A stretch of DNA of 64,000 nucleotides from Caecitellus pseudoparvulus (Eukaryota; Protista; Bigyra: Bicosoecida). Shown in pieces: positions 53,208 to 64,000 of this stretch (the stretch's first letter is position 1; each line of letters opens with the position of its first letter). The stretch covers positions 4,950 to 68,949 of the forward strand of contig CBFFRQ010000046.1 of NCBI GenBank assembly GCA_965644315.1. Direction: 5' to 3'. The notes beneath the pieces are model-generated. The model saw nothing but the letters and a program-made list of their open reading frames with translations. It had not been told where the DNA came from and did no database searches. The position numbers and the translations under genes are program-made.

Positions 53208-53868
53208 GGCGTTCAGATCCCACAGCTCCTCATGAAAGACGCGAAATGCAGTCTGTAGCAGGGGGTGCACTGCAAGGCGAGTTTTTATCGTTTTAGAGGG
53301 ATTTGTTGATGGCCGAGCACTGTCGTAGGGCCAGTGTGCTTGCCTGATCACCCACAACCTCAGGCCAGGAGCACTGGCTGCAGCTCTGACCGCAGACCAA
53401 TTCCCCAATCTTGTCTAGCCCGCAACATAGCCCTTGTTTCTTCGCTGCTCTGCCTCTTTCCTTGGCGCACCTGCTCCTTGCGGCGGCTGGTCGCACGGGC
53501 GCGTGTGTGGGGGCGCGGCCGTTTTCGCAGCCGCCAGCAACAACCACCCCTAGTCGCCCTGGGCCAAACTGGATCCACACCGTGCCGCTCTGCCTTATCA
53601 TTCAGGGGTGATAGTTGCACTTGAAGAGGGCGCGTCGTGTCGCAACTGCGGCATGCACATCTCCCGGGTGTCTGGCAGCACCCCAAGCACCTGAGAGGAA
53701 ACCTGACATCGAGGAGGGGCAGATCAATACTGCAGGCATATTTAACTGCACTAGCCAGGTCAAGCTAGAGAGGGACACAGTTTGAGTTGCCGGGCCGCCC
53801 TGCGTCTCTCGAGGTGCGGTCGTAGCACCAAAGGGTAACTTCGGGCCGGGTGCGGAACTTGAACAACC

Positions 53869-56848
53869 ATGGGCAAACGAAGAAGGCGAGGCAAGGGAGT
53901 TTCAGACCACATGTCTGGAACTTCGTGGGCATCAAGTCCATCCCGTGAGGATTCCACAGTGCGAGCCTCAGAGGTAAGTGTGTAGCATGCTTGGGGTTCC
54001 TTCCGATGGCTGGTGGATATTTGCGCAACTGCTTGCCATTCTAGGCGTGGTGAAGTACGGCCACGCATGGCTGGCATGGCTCTCTCGGCGTTTGCCTGCG
54101 CAGAGCACCCAGTCAACGCAAAAGAGTGATGCAATGAGTGGTAGTGTGGCAGGCTTCGGGGCAAGCTCCGGCGCGGGCCTCACAGAGCAGGTTGTGGCTT
54201 CGTTGGTGAAAGTGCAAAGCGTGCCAGATACTGCAATGCGGCACGGGGTGGCGCTGCAAGGACTGGCCAGCATTGGGCAAGGGCAGCCGGCCTCCCCAGA
54301 AACGTTCAAGTCCAAGTGTAACCTTGTGGAGCTGGAGGGCCTGCTGCGCGACACGGGAGGTGCGCTGCTGGAGCGGGCTGGACTGCTGCACGGGCAGCCT
54401 GAGCGCGAGGGTGTGTGTGCTGCGCTGCAGTTTCTGTCCTTTCGGTGCTTCTGTGCAATAGAGGTGCTGCATCAAGCTGCTGGGGGCGTAGGAGCCGATG
54501 CAGTACCCACGGCAGATGCTCTATGGGGCTCCATTTGCGATGCGTGGAGCAGTGTGCGTAGCAATGTGAACTTGGAGGGGGCGCTGGCAGACCTGACGCG
54601 ATGGTGGCAGGGCCGCAAGGCGCAGACACAGGTGCCAACATCTTCACCTCCGAATCCTTCTACCACTTCTGAGGGTCTGCATGCAGTGGAAGAATCACTT
54701 TCCAGCATCCGGAAGCAGGCCAGCTGGTTGCGCGGAGCACCGGCTGGCAGACTGCGGAGTCAAGCTGCAGCAGGACACTTGAGCACGATTGCCGAAGCCG
54801 CCCAGCAGTTGCGCACCCAACTGGCCGCTGCCGCAGCCATAGGGGACAGCAAACTCGTGCCTGTCCAGGGGTTCGACGCCCCCTCGCAAGTCCACACCTT
54901 CAGAGGTCCAGATGGGTGCGTTAGCAGCGCCAGTGGCCGCCTTATCGTCAACCACGAGACTCAGGTCAGCGACGTGAGCGCCTGGTCTGCAGAGCTTGCC
55001 GAAGGCGCTTCGTTGATGGCAAGGAGCGTCGCCATCGTTTTGGAGGCAGAGCGCCGCAGGATTGCAGGCGGACTGCCGCGACTTGTGCAGGCTGTGCACA
55101 TGGTTGCCTTGCGGCACGGGAACATCGGCGCCGAACCGGAAGACCCACTCGGGTCTGTCAGTGAGGTATCCTTGCAGCTACACTGCGAAGGATGCTGGCC
55201 GTTGAGCTTGTTTGTGGAAGACGAAGCATGGGGCGACATTGGCGAAAGCGTGCGGCAGCGCCTGTGCGTCGCAGTGCTGGGGGTGTGTGCTGTTGCAGAG
55301 GCCTGCAACGTGAGCTTGGCGAGTGTCACGGTGGACAGCTTCGCTGTGATGGGAGTGGATGCATGCACGGTGGAAGGGTTGGCCAGCTCACTCGAGACGA
55401 ACGGATGCCAAGTGTTGCTCGGAGCGTGCTCAAGTGCGTGGGTATCAGACAAGGGCTCGAAACCAGGCCCAAGTCTCGCCAGGCTGATCGAGACCCTCTT
55501 GTGCCCAACTTCAAGTGCAAGCAGTGTTGTTTATGGGGCACCGTCTGCAGCTGGAGCTGCAGAGCTGGGTATGTTGGCTGAGTCTCTTGAGTTTGTGCGC
55601 GAAGGTGGGCCGTTCTCCTGCATGGCGGCCTACGCGGCCGCTTGCATGGCCATGAACGAAACCACAGGCTGCCTGGTCACGCTAGATCAAGAAGCAGAAC
55701 GAGAAAGTGTGGCCCTGAAACGTCACGTGCAGTCACTGACGCGCTCAAGCGCAGAACCACCTCCACCCGAACCACCTTCGCACCCGGAAGAGAGCACTCT
55801 ACCTGCTGCCTCTGCTGCTGGTGGTGATGCTGAGGTTTCTGACGACGAGCCGCTGCCTGACCAACGCGTCGTCCAGCAAGGGGGTGATGAAGTGCTCCAG
55901 TGGGCAGCTGGGCGCCGAATCGAAGCGACAGTTGGGCACTTGTACCAACGTGCAAGCAGTCGATTTGCTCAAGTTGCCTCAGCAGGTGACGCGGTTTTCA
56001 TTTGCGCATGTGAAAGCGGGCACCTAGACGTGGTTCGATCTCTCCTCGCCCGCCAGGGTGCCCGGGCAATCAACGTTCACGCGGCAGACGCACAGGGGAG
56101 CGAGGCTGCCTTCCGACTCGCGTGTGCGAATGGGCAAGACCCCGTGGTACGCGAGCTCCTTGCACTTCACGGCGAGTTCTCTGTGAATGTGCACGCCCGC
56201 CATGAGTTTGGCTTTCGAATGGCCCGTAAGAACGGCCATGTGAAGGTAGTCCGTATGCTCCTTGCGTTGCGAGGACAAAGGCAAGTCAAGGTATCTGACA
56301 AAGGAGCACACATCCCTACACTGGGGTTCCGAGAGGCATGCTCCAATGGCCATGTCGGCGTTGTGCAGGAACTGCTCAAGTTGGGGGGCGATCGAGCTGT
56401 GGACGTCCAAGCCGAGGAGGAGCACTGCTTCAGGCTGGCTTGCGCAAAGGGGCACACAGGCGTGGTGAAAGTGCTGCTTGGCTTGTCTGGCTGGCGAACC
56501 GTTGATGTCCATGCCAAAGTGGAGCATGCTTTCCGAGCTGCATGTGAGTATGGACATGTGGAAGTTGTGCAGGAGCTCCTGCTTCTGTCTGGCAGCCGAA
56601 CAATCAACGTCCATGCATGCGGGGAGCATGGCTTCCGAGCTGCATGTGAACGAGGCCACGCCGAAGTTGTGCGTGTGTTGTTAGGGTTGGAAGGGAAGCG
56701 GCAGGTAGACGTGCACGCCAACGACGCTGCTGGTCCTGATGCCGGGTACCGCCTGGCCAGAAAGAACAACCACAGCGAGGTGGTAGAGCTCCTCGAGCAG
56801 CTCTCAGGCGAGCGCACGGTACCGCTTATGTTGCGAGCAGCACTTTAA
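53869..56848 (+). CDS. Helical N-terminus + pseudokinase-like region + C-terminal ankyrin repeats; probable exons 53869-53973, 54104-56848
   Basis: ~7 repeats of VxVHA..E..FR.AC..GH..VV..LL.L.G.R from ~55990. A GTAAGT donor at 53974 and CAG acceptor at 54103 give an in-frame join. Confidence 0.75.
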
Positions 56849-57399
56849 TTGCTGGGTGGGTGTGGCTTCATTGTGCTTCTCAGCCTTGACTGCCGCACAT
56901 GATGGCCAACTCCGCTTCCTTGCCGCTTGCTGACCAAATGCAAGGGTCGCCACATGTACCCCTTCTGACGCCCCGAAAACGCATCAGCGCCGCGTCCACT
57001 GCACAGGCACTCTATCAGCTTTGTGGGTTGGCTTCGGAAAGTGCTTTCGGAGTGCAGCCGTTGTAGTGTCAACTGAGTTCACTGCGGAAGGGAATGGCAA
57101 GCTCTTCGTTGACACAGCAAGGGCTTCTTGAGGACGCTTGACAGCATGGACCAGCAAGGTGTTCAAGCACTCGTGGACGACGCCAGAAGCTGGTGCAAGA
57201 AGATCAAGTTTGTGATCGAGGATCGGACAGACTCCTGGTTTGCCAGGCACACTGGCATAACTCCCCAACATGCGCCAAGCTGATGGATGGGGCTGCAGGA
57301 GGTATGTAAGGAAGGCGCACACCCACTGCGCCCAGGCCGCAGGTCGCACGCACAGCACCATCGACTGCCACCTGGTGCATCGCTTTGCACAGTGCAGGC

Positions 57400-58469
57400 A
57401 CTGTGAGACTGCGCGTGACGATGCACCGCAGCCGCCTGTGGAGAACTTGTTCCTGCCAGTCGAGGCGCCAGTGCACGCCTGTTGGCGGTGGCATGACGCC
57501 GTGGCGACTGCGGGCTCCCTGCCTCTCGAGGTGTCTGTTGTGAACGCCTCTTCTGGAGCTGCGGTGCTGTGGTGGACTGCTCTGGGCACGGCACAAGAGG
57601 TGTCGCTGTCTCCGTCTGCAGCTGGACTGGGCACAAATGCCACACTCTCCGCCACAACCCTATCCTTGCCCCTGGGCAGTGGGCAGGAAACGCTGTTCGT
57701 GTTTGTGAGGGCGACAGACAGCGCTGGGAACGTTGCCAACACGAGCAGTGGAAGCATCTTCATCGGGCAAGAGGCCGCCTTCTCAGGCTCCATTGTACCT
57801 GTTCCGCTGACTGCCAGCAGCAGTGCGGGCGAGCTGTGTTGCTTCCAGCAGAACACAACTGCCGTTGCTGTACAGTAGACCGTGGCTTCTCAGGCTCATG
57901 TGCACTCTGTTCAGATCTCCCTTGGCTCCCTGCCAGGCCTGCGAGACTTGCGAGGCGCACAGCCAGTTCCACTGGACCAGCTGCAGGCCCTGCAAGGCGA
58001 CGTGCTGGTGTCTGGCTTGAACCTCGCGAGTGGCTCACAGGTGTTTCCTAACCTCCACGTGCAGTCTAGCGACGGCTGGACGAGTGTCGCCTCCAGCGTG
58101 GGCGTGACTGTGGACGCAGCTTGGAGTGCACCAGTGCAGCAGCCGCTGTCCATGGCGCTGGCGGCGAACAGCACCTTGGACGCAGATGGCGTTTGGCAGG
58201 GCATAGTGCACAACCAGCCTGCTCTGGCCCGTGCGCTGCTCTCTCTTGCCGCATCTGTCCTGGGGGAAGCGCCTTCTGCCGTGGAAGGGCAGCTGGCATC
58301 CGTGCCAGCCCAAGGCACCCAGCTCAGCGAGGGGTCTTCGGCCGCTGCGGCGTTCAGGCAGGCCACACGCCTCACCTTCACAGCTGATGCGCTGCGGGAC
58401 GCCCAGTCAGGGATCGCAGGCGCTGCCTGCGCACAGAAAACTCGGATGTCTCCAACAACTGTTTTATGA
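57400..58469 (+). pseudogene. Truncated fragment of a large extracellular beta-sandwich (FN3/Ig-like) protein with an in-frame stop
   Basis: ORFs 57270..57878 and 57882..58469 share a frame and are split only by TAG (AVAVQ*TVAS, plausibly from TGG). FVRATDSAGN motif present; no credible start or signal peptide. Confidence 0.6.
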
Positions 58470-59153
58470 AGGAGGCAGATTCTGTTGAGTTGTGGTCTGG
58501 TGATCGTGCTGAATTCGCAGGTTGCCTGGGAATCTGGGCACGGCGAGGTACACCTTGCTCGCGGGAAGCCCACAGCGCGTGGCAAGAAGGATAGCTGCAC
58601 ATTGTAGTCACTGTTGAAGGTCACACTTGTAAGATTTTGCACATCATATTGATGGATTCGTGGATGGCCTCAGTGTTGCTTGCCACTGGGTCGCTTGGAG
58701 GGAGAGATGCAATCCTACTTTGGCTCTGTACCGGAGGTGGGAGGGGCGGGCAACAAAAAGTAGTTCATGGACTTTCATGAAGCATTTTGTCAGTTTTGTC
58801 TGCTAGTGCAGGCACCGCAAGCTCCTGTCTTCATTCTGTCTGTGAGACTCCGGTTTCAGCAGCGTGAGACATGTTTTTGCATCATTCGCGTAACTCTTAA
58901 GACAGCCATTCGTGTGGTTCGCCGAAGCTGCGCGACGGTACGCAGAGGACAAAATCAAGACTGGTCCATGAACACGAGAAGATGCAGGGCGTGTGCTGTT
59001 CATCCGGCACATCGTGCTCAAGCTTGCCTCACCTCGGAGCTTCGTGCAGCTCTGCATTGTGCGCACTTGCGCACACTTCCGCACCAGCGCAACTTTGAGT
59101 AGTGAGCGTGCATTGTCGGCATCTGCAGCGCCTGAGCATCGAGGCAAGGTACC

Positions 59154-62100
59154 ATGAGCTTGAAGGCTGCGTCGACCTTGTCTCGTGCTGTGGGGGCGTC
59201 ACTGCGTCCTCTTTTGGCGGTGCGAAGTGTTGGGGCGGAATTTGCTGCTGCTCCAGTACTCTGGCCTCCACCGCACGCACCCAAGCCGCCCCAGGCAACC
59301 AGCCTGTTGCGCCACGCTTCATCTGTAGCTGGTGCTGCGGCGGAGGGGCCTCGGAAGGCCAGTGAAGTGCTTTCGAACACGGAATGGTGGACCGTGATGG
59401 AGGAGAGCCAGCAAGAGAAGCTGCTGAAGATTTTTGATGGTCTAAACCCTCGAGCACGGCCAGCGAAGTTGGCCCTCGCTGCCCTTGAGAAGCTAGAGGT
59501 ACGTTGCTGCCTGCATGTTTCGCGCTTGTATGAAGCTCTGTTCCCCGCACTTTGATTGCTTTTCTTCACAGACACCTCCAGACGTAAACCTGGTGCAAGC
59601 TTTCGTTTCAAGCGGCTTCATTTCCCAAGTTGACATTGGGATTCGATTCGAGAAGGATAGTACCAAGAAACAGATTCAAGTTCTTGCCTCTCTTCTTGAG
59701 TTGACAATGGACGTTAGCTTGAAGCTGTGTCATGAAGGTGAACTGATCAGCTCGATCGGGGTAGAGTTCGAAAACCGCGTTGCTCAAGTGTGGGCGGAGA
59801 AGTTGCCGACGTACTTATGCAAAGCAAAGGCCGAACTGTTGAGGATCGAAACACATGAAGCTGGTGGTGCTGAGTTGTGGGAGATCCTGGAGCGGTCTGG
59901 GGTTGTGAAGACCTCTCTGGAGATGGTGCAAGATGCGGCGAAGGGACTAGCCACGGTCAAGGTTCTGGGGATAGTTTGTTCGCACTCTGTGGACTCTCTG
60001 GCCGAGTGTGACATTGACAAGTTATTTGAGGATCACGTGCCTGAGCATGTATCCGCAAACTGGATGTCCAGCTTCAAAGCGCAGCTGGAAGCGGCCGTTC
60101 GCACTGCATGGTTCAACAGTCAAGCTCGGGCGCTGGGAGTTGTGAACTTGGCCGTGCCACTCCGTGCACTGCTGCTGTTGAAGAAGCGAGGCGAAGACGC
60201 GGCCAAGAAGCAGCTCGAAGATGCGGGTGTTGTGGATAAGCAGTTCATCCAGAGACTCCTCAACACAGACGAAGCAACTTTGGATGTCTTGGCGGACAAC
60301 TTCGGCTGGCTGCTTGATGCAGGGGATGCCTTCGTGGGAGCTGAAATTTCGAAATGGAGTGTCGCTCATGCACTCAAAGACGGAATGACGAAAGCCAAGT
60401 GCGAGGATCCCACGGCAAGTGAAGGAAAGAACATTAAGTGGACAGCAGGTTGCTCTCCAATCTACATGAACGGCATTTTAGAGGCTGTGGTGCTGCGGTT
60501 GCCCATTTGGTTGGAGCAGCCGTATAAATTTCAGCATGATAAAACAGGTTTGAAGAGAGTTTCATTTGGAGGCTTGAAAGTTCAGGGTTTGCGACCATCT
60601 GTTTTCGGCGTTCGCTCGGAGGCGTCGTCCTCCAGCCTTGAACAAGACCTAATGCTCACCACCTTCGTTCTCACGCGCGGACGGATGAGGTTGTTCGAGA
60701 AGTCCGCCAAGACTTGTTTTGGTGCTCTTCCAGGGGTCATGGCCACTGCTGCGCACGGAACTGGGAAGTCGGCATCCCTACGGGCGCTTGCCACGATGAT
60801 TGGCATTGGGGCGGGGGGTGACGTTTTGTACATGTCGGAGTCGAACGTGTTCGCCCCCTCAAAGCCAGAATTCGAGAATCTGTTCCACAACCTCATGCAA
60901 GGTGGTTTGTCAATGTCTTGCGGGAATAGCCTGCTCAGGCCTGACCTGTGCATGGACATGGCAGCGATTGGCAAGGAAGGAACCAGAGCACACGAAGCAC
61001 TCCACAGCTTGCTTGTCGCTCAAGACTCTGCGTACAATCGTGGAGGTGAAGCAAAAGGAAAAAACCCGAAGAGCCTCCCTGCATCGTTCATTGTCGACGA
61101 GGCAAACCACTTGCAGGCCGTGCTTGATAAACGGCCTTCTGAGGATCCCCTTTGGTGGAAGGAGCTGAATGAGTTGTTTATTTGGACTAAGAACTCGAGC
61201 AGGGTATTCGCCTACTCACCAGATTTTCATGCTGCGCACCTTGACTTGAAGAAAGACAAGTCTAAAGAAGGCAAACAAGGCAAAGATGGCGCAGAAGGAA
61301 GCAGTGGCACTGACGAAGGCGACGACACAAAAAGAAGCAAAAGCAAAGCAGACAGCAGCGACAAAGGCAAAGGCAAAGGCACTGACAAGAAGAAAGTACT
61401 AGAGCCTATTGAGTTCAGGTTCGATTTTGGCTCATCCACAGACGAAGACATCCCTTTCTTTGAGATGGAGCGACTCAGCCCAGAGCTTTCCCGCTTGCTC
61501 ATGCTTGGGCCAAAGAGAAACGCTGATGCGTTGGGCTGGACCGAGCAGGTCCACACCGTTGCAGACCTTCAAGCGGGCCAAGACTGCTCTCTGCAGCTCC
61601 CCCCCAGGGCTATGAGAGCCCTGAGCGATGCTGACAATCTGAAATTGTTCGACAACTTCGTCTTGTCTGTGGGTGGGCTTGCTCGTGCCTTAACTAGGGC
61701 AGTGGCGCGGGCGGATGCAAGCTCAAGCATTGACACTGATTGGTTTCAGGTGGCTCTGAAAGCAGCTTGGGGTGACATGACAAAGCAGATGGAGAACCGC
61801 TGCCTTACACGACTAAACGAGGGCACTTTGGAGACAACAGAAGAGGAAAAAGGCGTTAAATTGTTCTTGAGTCACACGATGGCTGCTGCTTCGATCCTGT
61901 CGAGGATCGATCCCAACAAGATGACTCTGCAGGGCAATGTGCGGTTCTCCTCCCACGTTGCGAGGCATGCTTACATACGGTCTCTTCTCTCGCTCCACCG
62001 AGAGCTTGCTGGGCCGGAGGCTTCTCTGAGCCAGAAGAGAGCTTGGGACCGAATCATGAATGGTGTGACCCACCTGGGCAGTGGAGAGGACTTCGAGGAC

Positions 62101-63180
62101 ACTGTGGCCACATTGCTAGAGCTGGGCATGTTTGGGTCATCCTACGAAAAGCTCTCAAGCATGCAGTCCAGACCCCCAAAAGTGGTGCTTCGGACCTACT
62201 CCCTGGGCTCGGACCCGGGTTCCATCCTCGCAGCTCAGACCAAGCAAGAAGCGAAAGGCGCTGGCTTGTCTGCTGCCGATGTGCATGTCGTGCAGAACCT
62301 CGCTCCAGGGAGCGTGCACGTGGTGCGCACACCCCACAACTTTCCAGCTGTGGACTTCGTCGTGTTCAGGCGCTCGCCAGAGATCAAGGATGAAGACAAC
62401 ACCGTACCCGAACCATCAAAGTTACAGGTTGCTTTCATCGAAACCACAATCTCAACCCTTGCCGGCCACGGGAGTAAACGAACGCTCGATAATTTAAGGG
62501 TAACACGCCTCGGAGAAAAACCGAAAACGAAAGTTCCTCCAACTTTAGCTGACCTGGCCAACCTTGCCTGCGATGAGGGCTATCTCAGGAAGATCCAAGG
62601 AACCCAGATGAAGTTCGACAATCCGAAGGAAACTGAGGAGACTAAGGCTACACTTGCGAACTTAATCCTGTGGACTTTTGGAGTGCCGATCGACCTCAAC
62701 TGCCGAGTGGTATACGACCACAGTGGTGATTTCAAGGAGCTCCTCATGGAGCCGAAGTTGCTGCCTGAAGAAGACCGCGATGCAGTGATGGAAATGACCA
62801 AGCAGCTGCTGGTGTCGCCTCCTCCCGAGACAGGCCGGAAGAAGGGCAGGAAACCATCAGAGGCTGGCACTGAAGTCGGCGAAGATGAAGCAGAGGAACC
62901 TGCGGCCCCACAATCGGTTGCCGGTGAAGGAGCTGCAGCATTTGGACAGGGCCACGAGAGTCCACCCCTGCCTCTGTCCGAGTTGATCACTGAAGTGAAG
63001 GATGTCGAGCTCTTTTTCATTTACTGCACCCGAACCCCACAGGGCAAGTCCCACGCATTGTCGAAAGCTTATGTCCCAGGCTTCTATGGGGTGTTCGAAC
63101 AGAATTTTTTGCCCCCCGAGCTGAAACCGTTGGAGATAAAGATGGGCGATCCACGGGAAGAGTTGGATGCAAAACGTTGA
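59154..63180 (+). CDS. Crinkler/RHS-type P-loop NTPase + PD-(D/E)xK restriction-endonuclease-fold protein with putative mitochondrial presequence; exons 59154-59498, 59572-63180 (~1317 aa)
   Basis: Phase-0 GTACG...ACAG intron. Walker A AAHGTGKS (~60748-60771), Walker B FIVDE (~61090). C-terminal GEDFE...TPHNFPAVDFVVF...VAFIETTIS REase-like core. Confidence 0.65.
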
Positions 63181-64000
63181 CAAATTCAAGCAAGAAGCCT
63201 CCCCACCTTTGGTTGGTTATGGTGGGAACATACATGTACGCATTCTCTGCACGGATAGATATCTGTACCACAACAGGCTGGACAACTCTGCAAAGCGTGG
63301 AAGCTCGGCAGCGAGAGGCTAGAATGGGAAAACTGATTGCTCATTTTTGAACCACTCCAATACTTGAATTCCCATTTGGCTTGCCTTTCTGTCACGACAA
63401 AGTGGAAGGTTATCAGGGGACAGAGCAAACAAATCAGCTGTGGAGCGGAAATCGGTTGTTAGCTGCGGCTTGCACAGCCGATTCTGGAGAAGCTGGAAAG
63501 TGTATGTTGTAGATAAATTGCTCGGTGCAAGGCGTGAAAGTTGGAAGTCCTCCTTGGCGTCGCTGCTGCGGGGAAAGTACGCGGTTGCTGTTGAAATGGC
63601 TTGCCGGAGTAGCACTGGCGCCTTGTTGGTCAAGGTGCTGGCGGGGAGCAGATTCTCACCGCTACCTGTTCATATCAGGATATGCACTTATTTGGGATAC
63701 CTCATCTGCCTAACCTGCCGCCATGGACGAATTAGTGCTGCTCGAGAGGTGTTGGCGTTTGGATTTCAGTAACGTGCCTGTGGAGGAAGTTGAGGCATCT
63801 GAGTGCCTGCGGGCTTCGTGTGCATGGGAATATACTGGAAATGGGCAAAATTGGTGCGGTGCCCAATGATCATGTGCGCGAATGAGGCACATTGCAGTGG
63901 TTCGTGCGAACCTCAGACGCCAGTCCATGGGCGCGCAGGGGGCCTCACAGAGCCAGTAGCCTCGCTGCGTTTCAAGTGTGTTGAGTGCTGGTCGCGGCGA

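Noticed and set aside
53978-54103. N-terminal transmembrane helix (WWIFAQLLAILGVV) of the ankyrin ORF
   Set aside because: It lies between a strong GTAAGT donor (53974) and an in-frame CAG acceptor (54103), so it is probably intronic.

Overview
Gene-dense, GC-rich eukaryotic nuclear DNA. Hand-counted lines are ~70% GC in the core, and the GT-AG introns are short (mostly ~60-180 nt). A heterotrophic protist, possibly a stramenopile, is inferred; the sequence does not prove it. About 25 protein-coding loci can be reconstructed by splicing by hand. Core (3-53 kb): eIF3e, AMACR, CWC21 with a 17x39-bp repeat, a BARD1/BRCA1-like RING-BRCT gene, BRE1, RNase Z, a mitochondrial citrate carrier, ZNF207/BuGZ, an intron-containing bacterial-type DinB gene, a large mucin-stalk multipass membrane protein, GPAA1, an ankyrin protein, MRPL11, an AP2 protein, CENP-C, a CHD remodeler, RFT1 and RPL22. 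Many convergent gene pairs almost touch or overlap. Left end: the 3' part of a CHASE-domain membrane protein with no output domain, then a ~2.4 kb low-GC tract with no long ORF. Right end (54-64 kb) looks accessory: a pseudokinase-like/ankyrin protein, a pseudogene fragment, and a Crinkler/RHS-type NTPase + restriction-endonuclease-fold protein with an apparent mitochondrial presequence. Best novelty candidates: (1) a ~1,900-aa fusion of degenerate Nudix, intact sphingomyelinase-like EEP, TM helices and degenerate acyl-CoA synthetase; (2) the putatively mitochondrion-targeted NTPase-REase; (3) a CHD with PDZ/FYR-like/QLQ modules. No rRNA, tRNA, CRISPR or recognisable transposase/RT was seen. 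All domain calls come from motif recognition, not database searches.
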